Part shown: positions 12,898 to 26,931 of the stretch, one piece after another
Numbering within the stretch: position 1 is the first letter of the stretch
How the letters are laid out: the number at the start of each line of letters is the position of its first letter
Assembly (NCBI GenBank): GCA_951406725.2
Contig: OX597833.1
Location: forward strand, 49,786,001 to 49,850,000
Direction: 5' to 3'
DNA length: 64,000 nt
Source: Octopus vulgaris
Taxonomy: Eukaryota
Position numbers and translations under genes: made by a program
The notes under the pieces: model-generated
What the model saw: only the letters and a program-made list of their open reading frames with translations
What the model was told of the DNA's origin: nothing
Database searches by the model: none

Positions 12898-13370
12898 ATT
12901 GCGTTGTCCGGAAAGTTCATGCCAATTTTTAAAGGAAAGAAAAAGATCAATAAATACTTGGCATTACATTTTTAATCAACCAAATATGAACCATTTTGTT
13001 GCACAATGTGTCTCCATCTTTCCTTTAACTTGAAAATACCCTCTTCCCAGAACTGAGGTGGTTTCATGGCAAAAAATTCATCAAGGTATCTTTCTACGTC
13101 ATCCAGGAATTGAAATTTTTACCATTAAGACTATTCTGCAGAGACATGAATAAGGGGAAATCCGAAGGAGCAATATCTGGTGAATATGGAGGGTGGGGTA
13201 ACATATCCCAGCCGAGCTGCAGCAATTTTTGTCTGGTTCCCAAAGCATCAAGTGCCGAAAATGAACATTCTTATCTTCCATTCTAAAGGATTACAGAATT
13301 AACACATGTTATAGGAACATAAACCTTCTTCCACAAAATGATAGCTTCAACTGTGCTGTAAATGGAGGTG
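12898..13370 (-). mobile_element. Internally deleted mariner (DD34D-type) transposon remnant
   Basis: Minus strand: MEDKNVHFRHLM N-terminus fused out of frame to ..QKLLQLGWDMLPHPPYSPDIAPSDFPLF.. (YSPDLAP motif). Confidence 0.85.
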
Positions 13371-13377
13371 TATCATC

Positions 13378-13566
13378 ACTACAAGAACTGGAGACTATTT
13401 TAACTGAAGAATGGACAAAAATTTCATTGGGAACAATCCAAACGTTGTACGAGTCCATGCGCCATAGAATTTAAGCTGTAATTACTGCCAAATGTGGTCC
13501 TACCCTCTATTAAAATTAATTTGTTTGAAATTTTAAGGTGTTTCCATTATTTTGTCCAACCCCTGT
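13378..13566 (+). mobile_element. Tc1-like transposase C-terminus and right end fragment
   Basis: LQELETILTEEWTKISLGTIQTLYESMRHRI*AVITAKCGPTLY*; ends TTTTGTCCAACCCCTG. Confidence 0.75.
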
Positions 13567-13571
13567 GAATA

Positions 13572-13730
13572 TATACGACGGGCTTCTTTCAGTTTCTGTC
13601 AACCAAATCCACTCTCGAGGCCTTGGTCGGCCCGAGTCTATAGAAGACATTTGCCCAAGGTACCACACAGTGGGACTAAACTCAGAACTATGTGGTCGGG
13701 AAGCAAGCTTCTTACCACACAGTCGCCCAT
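13572..13730 (-). mobile_element. SINE family A 5' half
   Basis: Reverse complement of the family A head. Confidence 0.8.
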
Positions 13731-14404
13731 GTTGTTTAGTTCAAGATAGCAGAGCGGATCAAATGTGTTCGAGTAGACCTGTGATCAAATGCATTCTGAC
13801 AAAGACCATCGAGTCATTTTAGTACTAGTATGCAATATGTCCTTCCTCTTTTTTTTTAAAGACGGTTGAATGCGATTTCAGTGAGTTTACCTGCGATTTG
13901 TTGGAGGTTGAGTGAGGTTGGGTTGCGCCGCTGTAAGACATGGGGAATGAACTGTTCATGCAGGAACATCGGCAGTCAAATGCGTAAAAAATATCGATTA
14001 AACCCTTTCATTGTCTAACTTACAAAAGCACAAATACCCCACAACTGGAAGGCACACATCATACATTTAGTCATTAACAACAACAATTTAATCCGTTAAA
14101 GTCACTATAAATCATAGGTCGAACAATGTTTTTCATCGTATTTCATACTAACCCCATACGTATGTATGTATGCATCTATGTATGTATGTATGTATGTATG
14201 TAGGTATGTATGTATGAATTCATGTATGCATGTATAAATGTATGTATGTACGTACGTACGTACGTATGTATGTATGTATGTATGTATGTATGTATGTATG
14301 TATGTATGTATGTATTCATGCATATACGTATGTATGCATCTATCTATCTATATACCTTATCTATCTGTCTGTCTGTCTAGCTAGCTAGCTAGCTAGCTAG
14401 ATAT

Positions 14405-14714
14405 GTTGTTGTTTGTTCCTTCTCGAGCCACGCCTGGTTCATAAGGGCCGGTTTTCTGGTTTCCTTGGAGTATAGGTTCCCCACCTGGACGGGACGCCGG
14501 TCCGTTGCAGGTGAGCTACAAGATGCAGGAGGAAAGAGTGAGAGAAAGTTGTGGCGAAAGAGTCAGCAGAGGTTCGCCATTACCTTCTGCTGGAAGCAGC
14601 GTGGAGCTTAGGTGTTTCGATCATAAACCCACACATATCGCTCGGTCTGAGATTCGAACCCGCGATCTCTCGACCGCGAGTCCGCTGCTCTAACCACTAG
14701 CCCATGTGCCTCCT
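14405..14714 (-). mobile_element. SINE family C (tRNA head, V-domain-like)
   Basis: Homologous to 26101-26415; (CAA)n-type tail. Confidence 0.8.
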
Positions 14715-15710
14715 ACTAGATAGATAGCTAGCCTGAAATTGCTTGAGTCCTGAACTGTTGCTGGAATGCTGCAAAGTCTTGGTGAGCGTTCCTACTGGCA
14801 TACAACACATATCTGTATAACGCTGAGAATGCTTCGCTTATGAACTACCTGAGAAACAGCCAAATTCATCCAACTGAATGATTACCAAAGACTCAACAGC
14901 ACTCGATCTTCAAAACGAAGCATTTTTTTCCTTTCATCCAAGAAGAAATTAGTCGTTTCTAGACGGCTTTTCGACATTAATTCCAAGTCTGTCTACACAT
15001 CTTCAAAGATATGCGAGATACTTTTTTTTTTTCCTTTAATTCATTCATTCATTCTTACTTCCTTCCTTTCTTTCTGTCTTTCTTTCTTTCTTCAAATATA
15101 CCATTCATTACTTTTTCCCTTCTATTTTTATTATTGTTTAAGTTATGTTAAATAAAATTTTATCCAAAAATTTGTTAATTGCTTAAACTAAAAAAACACA
15201 ACATGCCTTTGATTAATTTTTAGTTAATTAAATTTGACATCATTTTTATAAAAGAGATTCAATTATATACACATATAATTGAATAAAATATGTTATACAA
15301 ATTTTTCTTCTTAATATTTATATGATTTTCGCTTATAAAATTTAGTCTGATTTACCGTGATTTAACGTCCAGTTATATATATTTAGCCGTCACGACTGTA
15401 TTCTCAAATACCTCGAGTTGTGTTCTCATTGTATCTTTATCTTTTAACTTTTATTTGTAGCAGTTATTGGACTGCAGCCATGCTGAAGCATCGCCTTGGA
15501 AAGGTTTTAGACAAATGGACCTCCAGAACACGTTTTGTTTATTATCAGTAGGGTACTCATTCTAGCGCTCTCTTAAGCCGAACCGAAAAGCTGCGGGAAC
15601 GTGAGCGAATTATCATCGGCTGTCAAGTGGTTTGAGGAGTCAAACGGAGGCATGCACACAAAAATGTGAGTGTTTATGTATGTATGTATGTATGTATGTA
15701 TGTATGTATG

Positions 15711-15739
<29 letters not shown>

Positions 15740-15742
<3 letters not shown>

Positions 15743-15923
15743 GTTAATCCAAATATGAAAGCACAAAAAAAACACAACAACGCGAGGACGTGGAACAAAT
15801 ATAGTATTATTGGACGCTCAGGAAAGAAGGAAAGAAGGAGGGTTTAACGTTTCGAGCGGAGCTCTTCGTCGGAAACATAGGAGAAGGAAAGATCCAGAGA
15901 AGGGAAGACAGAGGAAAAAAAAT
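15740..15923 (-). mobile_element. Penelope-like pLTR fragment with hammerhead motif, inside (TATG)n
   Basis: Contains the motif at 15842-15876; second partial copy at 27931-28005. Confidence 0.6.
15842..15876 (-). ncRNA. Minimal type-I hammerhead-ribozyme-like motif (CCGACGA core variant)
   Basis: GTTT-CCGACGA-A-GAGC-TCC-GCTC-GAAA-CG-TT-AAAC: helix I GTTT/AAAC, helix II GAGC/GCTC, palindromic ACGT helix III, GUU site. Confidence 0.65.
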
Positions 15924-16403
15924 ATGTATGTATGTATGTATGTATGAATGCATGTATGTATGTATGTATTTATGTATGTATGTATGTATGTATGTATGTA
16001 TGAATGTATGTATATGTAAGAATGTATGTATATATGTATGTATGTATGTATGTATGTACATAGAGAAGTCTACTTCGTAGAAGGCTGGCTCGTATATAGA
16101 ACTTGCATATAGAACCGTATATAGAGCCGGGAATCAAGCCTACGTCTTTCCGGTCGCGAGCCTATTACTCGAAATACTAAGCCACGCGTTGTTATGTATG
16201 TGGCATGTGAGGAAGTAAAATGCGTGTGTGTGATCTATTTTACTAGATTACTCCAAGTTAAATTCCACATCATGAAACGGTCATTTGTTAGAAATGAATG
16301 AAATTAAAGGAATATAATTTATAGATGTAACAGTTTCATGATAAAGAAAATTACTCCATCTTTCTTCCTTACTTTCTTTCCTTCTTTCCTTCTTGCTTTT
16401 TTT

Positions 16404-16439
<36 letters not shown>

Positions 16440-16909
16440 TGTCTCTCTCTGACTCTCTCTATCTCTCTACATGCACACATACACCTACAATTATCAACTA
16501 TATGTACACATACAGACAAACAAACACAGATACACACACCCAAGTATTAATCCATTACATATTCATATAGACTGTGTTATAGGAAATGTACAGTCTAACG
16601 ACAGAGGAGAGGCATATTGACACACATGTATATGTATATACATATATACACACATACATATATATATATGTATATATGTATATATACATATACGTACATA
16701 TTATATATACATATACGTACATATTATATATACGTATGTATATATGTATATATATATATATTTATATATATATATGCATATATATGTGTATGTGTGCGTG
16801 CGCGCGTTTGTGCTGTGTACTTTGTGCGTGAGAGGGAGCAGGGGCAAAAGAGCGAGCATAAAAGACAGATATATATATATTATATATATATATATATATC
16901 TGTGTGTAC

Positions 16910-16944
<35 letters not shown>

Positions 16945-16996
16945 CAGACAGACAGATAGATAGATAGCTAGATAGATAGACAGATAGACAGACAGG

Positions 16997-17096
<100 letters not shown>

Positions 17097-17467
17097 CTGG
17101 CAGATAGACAGACAGAGTAGCAGAGCTGTGTACATAAGGGAACGTGTAGCTTACTAAAATCTAGTGATGTGCATAATTGCTTCGGTTGGTAGTTGGTCAG
17201 TTGAAGGAGAGGTGAAAGAGAGGTCTGAGAATTTGGTCAACCAAACGGCCAGTCTGTTAATACTACATTGAATTATACATAAATCAAACTGCTTTCGGGT
17301 TAGATTGCTGAAAAGAAATGGATTAAACAGATCAAAGGTTAAGCCAAGAACCGTCTCGTGGGTCGTTGGCACGGACAGGCGAAGCACGCGAAACGTTTTG
17401 CAATGGCGGATCGTTAAACTCCGGGAAAAATGGCTGAAATAGGACTTTGGATATATGGATGGGATAG

Positions 17468-17519
<52 letters not shown>

Positions 17520-17975
17520 CTATGTGTATGTGTGTGTATGTGAGTGTGTGTGTTTATGTGTGTGTGTGTGTATGCGTGTGTGAGTGTGTGTATGCGTGTG
17601 TGTATGCGTATGTGTATGCGTGTGTGAGCGTGTGTGTGTGTTTGTGTATGCGTGTGTGTATGTGTGTGAGTGTGTGTGTGTGTGTGTGTGTGCGCGTGTG
17701 TGTGTGTGTGTTTGTATGTGTGTATGTGTGTGTGTGTGTGTGGCTAGGGAGCGATTTTGAAAAGGTTATGTATGAGGGGAGTGGGATTTTTATCAATATC
17801 ACTCAAAGTTAATGTCCGAATGAGTGATGTCGGTTCTGTACGTTTGTCGTCGTCGCCATCTTTATAAATATTGTTTTTGTTGTTGTTGTTGTTGTTAAGA
17901 CTGCTGTTGATATCCTTCGTAATGATGTAGTAGTAGTTGTTGCATTTCTTGCAAATGGCTTGTCACACTTGTTGT

Positions 17976-18060
<85 letters not shown>

Positions 18061-18442
18061 GCAGCTACTACTACTGCTGCTGCTGCTGCTGTTTTTGTTG
18101 TTATATATATATTGGATCTGTATCGTAGTCATACTTGTTATTGTTGTTGGTGTTGCACTTAACCTTGCTTTTGTTATTGTTTTGCAACTATTGGTTTAGG
18201 TTTTGTTGTTGTAGTAGTAGTTGTTGTTTCTGGTGTAGCTCAGTTTGTGTTATTATTGCAATTATGACTGATTCTGTTGGTGTTAAGTTGTGTCCTTTTG
18301 TTGTTGTTGTTGTTGTTGGTGGTGGTGGTGTGGTCAGAATTGCCAATGCTGGTGTTATTTATATACTTTCAGTTACAACCATATTTATTATTATTATTAT
18401 TATTATTATCATTATTATTATTATTATTTTCTATTATTATTA

Positions 18443-18645
18443 AGGCGGTGAACTGGCAGAATCGTTAGCACGCCGGGAGAAATGCTTGGCCTTTACGCTC
18501 TAAGTTCAAATTCCGCCGAGATCGACTTCGCTTTCATTCTCTACGGGTTGATAAATTAAGTACCAGTTGCGTACTGGGGTCGATCTAATAGACTGGCCCC
18601 TTCCTCCAAAATTTCAGGCCTTGTGTCTATAGTAGAAAGTATTAT
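18443..18645 (+). mobile_element. SINE family B (tail type 2)
   Basis: Head GGCGGTGAACTGGCAG; tail ..AAAATTTCAGGCCTTGTGTCTATAGTAGAAAG. Confidence 0.85.
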
Positions 18646-18685
18646 TTAGTACAACAGCCATTATTGGTGTTTATTACTGTCGATA

Positions 18686-19176
18686 TATTCTTTTCTACTC
18701 TAGGCACAAGATCCGAAATTTTGGGGGAGGATGCCCAGTCGATTAGATCAACTCCAGTACACAACTGGTACTTAACTTATCAACCCCTGAAAGGATGAAA
18801 GGCAAAGTCGACCTTAGCGGAATTTGAACTCAGAACGTAGCGGCAGACGAAATACATATTTCTTTACTACCCACAATGGACTAAACACAGAGAGGACGAA
18901 CAAAGACAGACAAACGGATTAAGTCGATTATATCGACCCCAGTGCGTAACTGGTACTTATTTAATCGATCTCGAAAGGATGAAAGGCAAAATAGGTATTT
19001 CGTCTGCCGCTACGTTCTGAGTTCAAATTGCGCCGGGGTCGACTTTGCCTTTCATCCTTTCGGGGTCGATAAATTAAGTACCAGTTAAGCATTGGGGTCG
19101 ATATAATCGACTTAATCCGTTTGTCTGTCCTTGTTTGTCCCCTCTATGTTTAGCCCCTTGTGGGTAATAAAGAAAC
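18686..19176. mobile_element. SINE family B multimer with internal inversion
   Basis: Minus-strand units 18686-18990 fused to a plus-strand headless unit 18991-19176. Confidence 0.8.
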
Positions 19177-19205
19177 ATATATATTCGTATATATGTAGGT
19201 ATGTA

Positions 19206-19244
<39 letters not shown>

Positions 19245-20022
19245 AGAGAGAGAGTGTTGGCTGCGATATGAGAGAAATATGCTAATTGTAACATGTCAAA
19301 CGGCTAAATAATAACACCCCAACAACATCAACGAGAACGGTGATCTACAACAATGCCAGACTCTCTTATTAAAACTATACTGTTTCTCGTGCACATGATA
19401 TTCTCTCTTCCTTTACCTCTCCTACTGCCTCTCTCTCTCTTCTTATTTCTGTAGCAAATATGACATATAATTCTCATTTGGGGAACAATAATTCATAGTA
19501 ACGAACTGTTGATATTTCCCAAGTAACACTTCACTTTTCACACTTCTATACAATATTTAGACGTGTGAACGCTAAAGCACAATATAGTAAATTATTACTC
19601 TTAATAGTTTAACATAAAATATATTTCACAAAAGCGAAAGAAAGAATATAAACTCTCAGAAAAATAAATGTAGGAACACCGAGTAAAGGAAATATTCATT
19701 GGTTTACTTGGCAACAATCGAAAACATACACTCTTATGGTTTCAAATGGTCACAGTTTCTTGTGAAATATTGCGTGCCTTTGTCTTCTCGTCAATCTGTC
19801 TGCTTGCCTGTCTGTCTGTCTCTATGTATGTATGTATGTATGTATGTATGTATGTATGTATGTATGCATGTATGTGTGTATGTATGTATGTATTTGTGTA
19901 CGTATTTGTGTCTGAGTGTGTGTACATGTGTGTAGATGTGTTTGTATATATGTATGTATATGTATGTGCGTATTTATTTCTGCCTGTCTGTGTGCATGTA
20001 TGTATGTACGTATGTATATATG

Positions 20023-20094
<72 letters not shown>

Positions 20095-21073
20095 CCTATC
20101 TATCTATCTCCTCTCTCTCTCTCTCTCTCTCCATATATATATATATAAATATAAGAGGGATTTTTTTACCACTATGTGGAAACCATTATGCTAGAAGAAG
20201 ATCCGCTATGGTCTTAACCACTAAGAATTGTTATATAGAATATTTAGCAAAACACCAGAAACATAAGCGAGCAAGACACATGGAAAGTAGCAAAAATATA
20301 GATTAATCGTGAACAATTGTTTCACTTTCAACAAATTACGTAATTTTACTTACATGATTTATCTGTAGATCTTCAGTATGATCGTTTATACAAAATATAA
20401 TTTGCAGAACTTCACGCCAGACATCAACACGAGGTCGAAAATGCATGCAGTGCTACCTATTACATTTGTGGTTATTTTCAAAAGTCTTCATTTAGGCGCG
20501 CTAAATTACCGGAAATAATACTGCATAACATAATTCACTGCTGTAGTTTTGCCGGTTTGAGAACGTATTAATTTAAAATTAAAATCAAAACGAGGGTGAA
20601 AAATTGGATATTAATTTGATAATATCAATTTTAACACCAGTGGTCTAGCATATATCTTTCTCTCTCTCCCTCTTTCTCTCTATCTCTCTTTCTCTCTTAT
20701 AAGTTTATGTATGATGATGATTGCAGTCTGTTGTAGTCAGAGAAAGGCGGTTCTGCAATTCCTTACCGAGAACACAACGCATCACCCACTCCAAAAATTT
20801 AAACAGCGACCTCGCGATCGTGACTGCAATTCCCTAACCATATGTATGTATATATATAGTGACTTGTGTCCTTGACTTGACTGCAATTATGTTGGAGCAC
20901 TGCTGCAGATATTCTTATTTCATTTTCCAGTTTGCACTTGATGTCATTGCAACAAATAACTTGTAATTTATAAATTGAACATTTGTTGAGAAACTTGGAA
21001 AATGATATTTCTCCAAGATTAATTGTAATGTACCTTGTTGAGTATGTATGCATCATATTACCGAGTGTTTGTG

Positions 21074-21104
<31 letters not shown>

Positions 21105-21181
21105 ACATATATGTATATATACATATACATATACCTACACACACACATATATATATATATACACACACACGCACACACACA

Positions 21182-21254
<73 letters not shown>

Positions 21255-22512
21255 TTATATATGGATGTGTGTATACAAACAGATAGAGGGGGAGAGCGAA
21301 AGAGAAAGAGAGGGAGGGAGAAATACACATATATATAAATAGAAAGAGACACTCACACGAATACATGTAAATAGTGGAAAACGAAAGAGAAACAAACGTT
21401 CTTCGTCTGCCAGTTGCAAATATAACCCAACAATGAAGTTATACATTTGTCAAAGCAAAAAAAAAAAAAAAAAATCAAATCAAATCGTTAAGTTCGTAGT
21501 TTAAAAATAAAGGTTTCATTTGCAGTATTACGCAAATGGATTTTAAGTATGTTTGTGTTTCACTTCAATTTGTTTCTAGTTAAAGAAATACTTCCTTATC
21601 ACACGTTTGGCGTGATTTGTAGCGATTGGGTGTCATAGAGCAAAATGTAAGCTCTTTTCCAGCCAACTTCTGACATGAATTTCCTTTCTGTTTGAAAGTA
21701 ATTCCCTGTACTTATGACTCTAATATCTTCGTGGTGTTCTTTTTCTTTTCTATTTGTTTTTTCGTTGTATGTGTGTGTTATGTCACAACAAGTCTTTTTA
21801 CTTATATTTATTCTGTCTGTGTAACGGAAAATTTATACACATTGCAAAATGTCATGGTGTCTTTCTTTGGAAATTTATGGCTTTGCACTAAACTAAGACC
21901 TCATTACTTTTATTTTTTCTCTTTTTAATAGTTTAGTCAAAGAAATAAGAGCAATGTCCTTGAATGTTTTACCGGGTCTAGTAAATGTTAGATCGAAAAT
22001 CTGATCAGAATAGCTGCAATCTAAAGGGCGTTTCTCAGGGAACATTGGGTTAGATTGTTATCCCAAATATTGCTGGTATCTTCCATCTTTTATATGCTTG
22101 AGACTGGGCTCATGCTGGGACACCGTATTGAAGAAATTTAATCGAATGAACCGACCCTAGTACTTACTAAGTTATTTTAAACCTGGTACTTATTCTATCG
22201 TTCTCTTTTTGTCGAAACGCTAAGTTACGAGGGATGCAAACAAACCAACTCCGGTTAGCAAGCGATAGTGTGGGACTAACAGAGAAGAAATACACAAACA
22301 CACACATGTACATGTACATACATGAATATGTGACGGGTTTCTTTTAGTTAGCGTCAACTAAATCCACACAGAGGCTATAGCAGAAGACACTTGCCGAACT
22401 GCTAAGTTACGGGCATGTAAACAAACCAACACCGGTGGCGGGGGACAAAAACAAACACTAGACACACTCACACAGCTCTGTCTGTCTATCTATCTATCTA
22501 TCTATCTCTCTC

Positions 22513-22544
<32 letters not shown>

Positions 22545-22545
22545 C

Positions 22546-22595
<50 letters not shown>

Positions 22596-23197
22596 GTATG
22601 TATGTGTGTATGTATGTATGTATGTATGTATGTATGTATGTATGTATGTATGTATGTATGTATGTATGACGGGCTTCTTTCAGTTTCCGTCAACCATATA
22701 ACGATTATTTGCATTGTTTCTACCCTTGAAATATTTGAGATATTTCAAATAATTGAGAACATTTAGCGTGCATTCTTCAGAATATCCTTAATTAAGTCAT
22801 TACGCTTATTAATAAGTGGTCAAAATCATTAAAAAACATATTCTATACATAAAATATTCTATCAACGGCGTAAAGAAAGTTTGAACTAACTATTCTGTGC
22901 CAAACAGTTTCAATAAGAAGCGAAACATGGCTGAGGCTGCTTCCTTGCAGTGCAAACAAAATCAGATTTTACAGTATGCGCGAAAATAAATTTTGTGAAT
23001 ATAATTCCTATTTTCTTGAAATTATCTCCGCTATAGATTCAGAGTCTAACAGTTGCTTAAGACATTACGGAGGCTGTTTAAAGTATCAATTCTTTAATTA
23101 TTAGATATGCATTGATACTGGGAAAACAGACACATTTCAATATACAGTTACAGTTAAAGTCATTGTATAGTATAATATGCTGTAAATTTTTACGTCG

Positions 23198-23278
<81 letters not shown>

Positions 23279-23550
23279 CAGAGAGAGAGAGAGAGTGAGA
23301 GAGAGAAAGAGTGGGACAGTGATCCATATAAACATGATTAAGCTTGACTTATATGTACATACATTAACTTTTATAGATACACATAGATCTGCATCGTTAT
23401 CTGCATATCAGCTCACTCAGATATCTCTCATATAGCCTAGTCCTGCATAAAGTATTTGGAGTCTAAGTTCAATTTATTCGAGCACTAATACGTGTTTTCT
23501 ACACTGAGCATCTCTTGGTCTCATCTATCAAATGTATGTTCATGTGCATT

Positions 23551-23593
<43 letters not shown>

Positions 23594-23618
23594 ATATATA
23601 TGTATATTTGTGTGTGTG

Positions 23619-23650
<32 letters not shown>

Positions 23651-23653
<3 letters not shown>

Positions 23654-23906
23654 ATAAAACGGTAAGATAACAAAAGAAAGAAAGAGACCTCAATATTATG
23701 TAAATAGAGGAAATTTATCTATACAATATACATTACTCGGTAGTCAAGATAAATCGAGTTTCAGATGCGAGGGAATCCACAACATTCTCGGTATCTGGCT
23801 ATTTTCAGAAAATAGCCAGATAACCGAAGAGATGGTGTTGTGGATTTCACTCGGCATCTAAACTCAGAGTTTTATCTTGACTACCGAGTAATGTAAATAT
23901 TGTATA
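23651..23906. mobile_element. Palindromic Penelope-like pLTR fragment in (TA)n
   Basis: Diverged palindrome 23720-23906 centred at 23807 (GGCTATTTTC-A-GAAAATAGCC); each arm holds a hammerhead-like fold. Confidence 0.6.
23818..23877 (+). ncRNA. Degenerate type-I hammerhead-like motif
   Basis: AGATAA-CCGAAGA-GATG..CATC-TAAA-CTC-A-GAG-TT-TTATCT; the mirror arm retains TGAAACTC. Confidence 0.55.
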
Positions 23907-24006
23907 AATATATATATATATATATATAGTTGAAATTTACAGAAAAACTAAAGACGTAGACAGGTGTTTGACAATCAAAACATAAAAGTGAGAAAGTCTC
24001 TTATAC

Positions 24007-24046
<40 letters not shown>

Positions 24047-24728
24047 CTTGCATAATTACAAACGTACTAAGTCTACCCCAGTACATATTACCTAATGCTA
24101 TATTGTGACTGTCGTTGTGTCGGTGTTCGTGGGGCGCATGATAGTGATGAGAGGATGACGGTGATGATGATAACGACAAAGACAACAGCAACAACAACAA
24201 CGATGACGACAACAACGATGATGACGTCGACGACGTCGTCGGCTACGACCACTCTTTATCGTTACAACCGTTACAGAGAAATCATAGCTGCGCTTACAAT
24301 AATGATAGCAACGAAGAGTTTAGGAGAATAAACAAAGTTTATAGAAGGCTACAACACAACGAAAACAGTTATTATTTGATGGTATTGAAAGCTTAGAGTT
24401 GAAGACAAATGAAATTCAATAAAAAGATAGCGTTAAAATAGATCAATGGCGTTTTTTTGATTAAAAACTGGAGGAAGTGAAAAATATAGAAATCAGAAAC
24501 AATAAATAAACACAAGGATCAATAGAACTATTGGTGAATGTAGTGTCTCTGGCACAGTTTGCATCTTATTCACATCAAAGGAAGCCGCCACCGATAATTT
24601 CTGGAAAATATTAGTATTTCACTATGGTATGAAAAGATGCCAAAACATTAGTACGTTTAAAAATCTTTTATTCTCTCTTTCACTTTCGCTTTTGCCGATT
24701 GAACCCCACACCACACACGTTCTTTCCA

Positions 24729-24772
<44 letters not shown>

Positions 24773-24938
24773 ACTTTCTCTCTTTCTATCTACACGCAAA
24801 CACCTGTATACATATACGCACGCATAATGTGTATTATGTATGTACATAATTGTATGCACACACACATACATACACACACAAACAAATACACACACATATG
24901 CATATCTATGCGTGTTTGTGTGTATGCGTATATATGTA

Positions 24939-25237
<299 letters not shown>

Positions 25238-25343
25238 CGTATAATACATATGTATATATATGTTTATATATGTGTGTATACGTATGTGTACATATATATA
25301 TGTATATAACATTGAAGTAGTATTTACATATGCATATACTATG

Positions 25344-25379
<36 letters not shown>

Positions 25380-26100
25380 GTATATATATATGTTTGTATA
25401 TGTATATGTATATATATGTATATCTCTCTCCCCCCTCTCTCTCTCTCTCTCTCTCTGTATATATATATATATATACACGCACACGTGTGTATTTCTGTTT
25501 GTATGTGTGAGCGCATGATGTACATATTAGAATCGATATACTTATTCACATAATAATACCTTATGTACATAATAGATATCATAGTTAAACTTGTCTTAAA
25601 CGACCGACTGTATTTTAAAGTTGCCGCACATGTATTATCCTCTCTCTCTCTTTTTAAACAAACCCCAAAATACAAAGAAGATAAAATCTCCGATTCCAGA
25701 ATATATATATATGTTCATTTACATTGTAGTATTATTAATCATATAACTGCATTCTATTCTAGGAGAACTCTTTTGCTTTGAATGCATCTAACTCACTATT
25801 CTAGAAATCGTTACATTCGTTTATTAATTTTGCATGTTGATACGTCTCCGATTCTAGGCAGCTTCATATCTGTAGAAATATTTCAATAGAGAAAAGAACA
25901 GTTTCTGTTGAAATGTTCATCCTATCTTCAAAGCGTTTCGTATCATTGAAGAAGAAAAGGGCCGCGAACCCTGGATTGATAGGAAAAACCATTTCAGTAT
26001 TTGTGAAGACTATGCGGGTAAGTTTTGTCAACTAATTTCAATTCAGGGGAAAACCTTTTATATGCGTGTTGTTCTTAAGAAAGCTATAATACATATATGT

Positions 26101-26415
26101 GGAGGCGCAATGGCCCAATTGTTAGGGCAGCGGACTCGCGGTCGTAGGATCGTGGTTTCGATTCACAGACCGGGCGCTGTGTGTGTTTATTGAGCGAAAA
26201 CACCTAAATCTCCACGAGGCTCCGGCAGAGGGTGGTGGCGACCCCTGTTGTACTCTTTCGCCCCAACTTTCTCTCACTCTTTCTTCCTGTTTCTTGAGTA
26301 ACGCTGCGATGGACTGCCGTCCTGTCCAGCCGGGGGAGCACATACGCCACAGAAGCCGGGAAACCGGGCCCATGAGCTTGGCTAGGCTTGAAAAGGACGC
26401 ATAAATAAATAAAAA
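26101..26415 (+). mobile_element. SINE family C, full length
   Basis: tRNA-like head (TGGCCCAATTG A-box, GTTTCGATTC B-box), CTGCGATGGACTG.CGTCCTGTCCAG V-domain-like segment, (TAAA)n tail. Confidence 0.85.
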
Positions 26416-26479
26416 TAATACATATATATAATATAATAATATATTGTTAACATGCTCTACTTTTTCGTCTACTCTATGT

Positions 26480-26652
26480 CCCTTATTTCGTCTGTCTTTA
26501 CTTTTTGAGTTCAAATTCTGCCGAGGTCGACTTTGCCTATCATCATTTCGGGGTCGATAAATTAAGTTCTAGTTGCGTTATGGGATCGATCTAATCGACT
26601 GGCCACCTCCCTCAAAAATTTCGGGCCTTGTGCCTAGAGTAGAAAAGAATAT
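26480..26652 (+). mobile_element. SINE family B (tail type 2), 5'-truncated
   Basis: Body plus AAAATTTCGGGCCTTGTGCCTAGAGTAGAAAAGAAT. Confidence 0.8.
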
Positions 26653-26931
26653 TCTATGTCTCCTGCAATACTTTGAGAAGCACAGGAATGTCTTTTTTGC
26701 TGAGGAAGTATAATAACACAGAAACATCTCTACATATATCTTGCATACGCATATCTTGCATTGTTTAATGCCTGAAATTTTGAGTGGAAGGATAAAGTTG
26801 AATACATTGACCGCTGTACTTTGCAGGTTCTTAACTTTATCGACTCTGAAAGGATGAAAGACAAAGCTGACTTCAGCGGGATTTGAACCCAAATGTAGAT
26901 AGCTATTTACAATAACGTAAATGCAAGCAAC

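Noticed and set aside
17362-17405. GCG-AAGCA-CGC-GAAACGTT hammerhead-like 3' half
   Set aside because: Upstream core is CGGACAG, not CYGANGA, and helix I is out of register
26101-26175. tRNA-like sequences at SINE heads
   Set aside because: A/B boxes continue into dispersed SINE bodies; not tRNA genes
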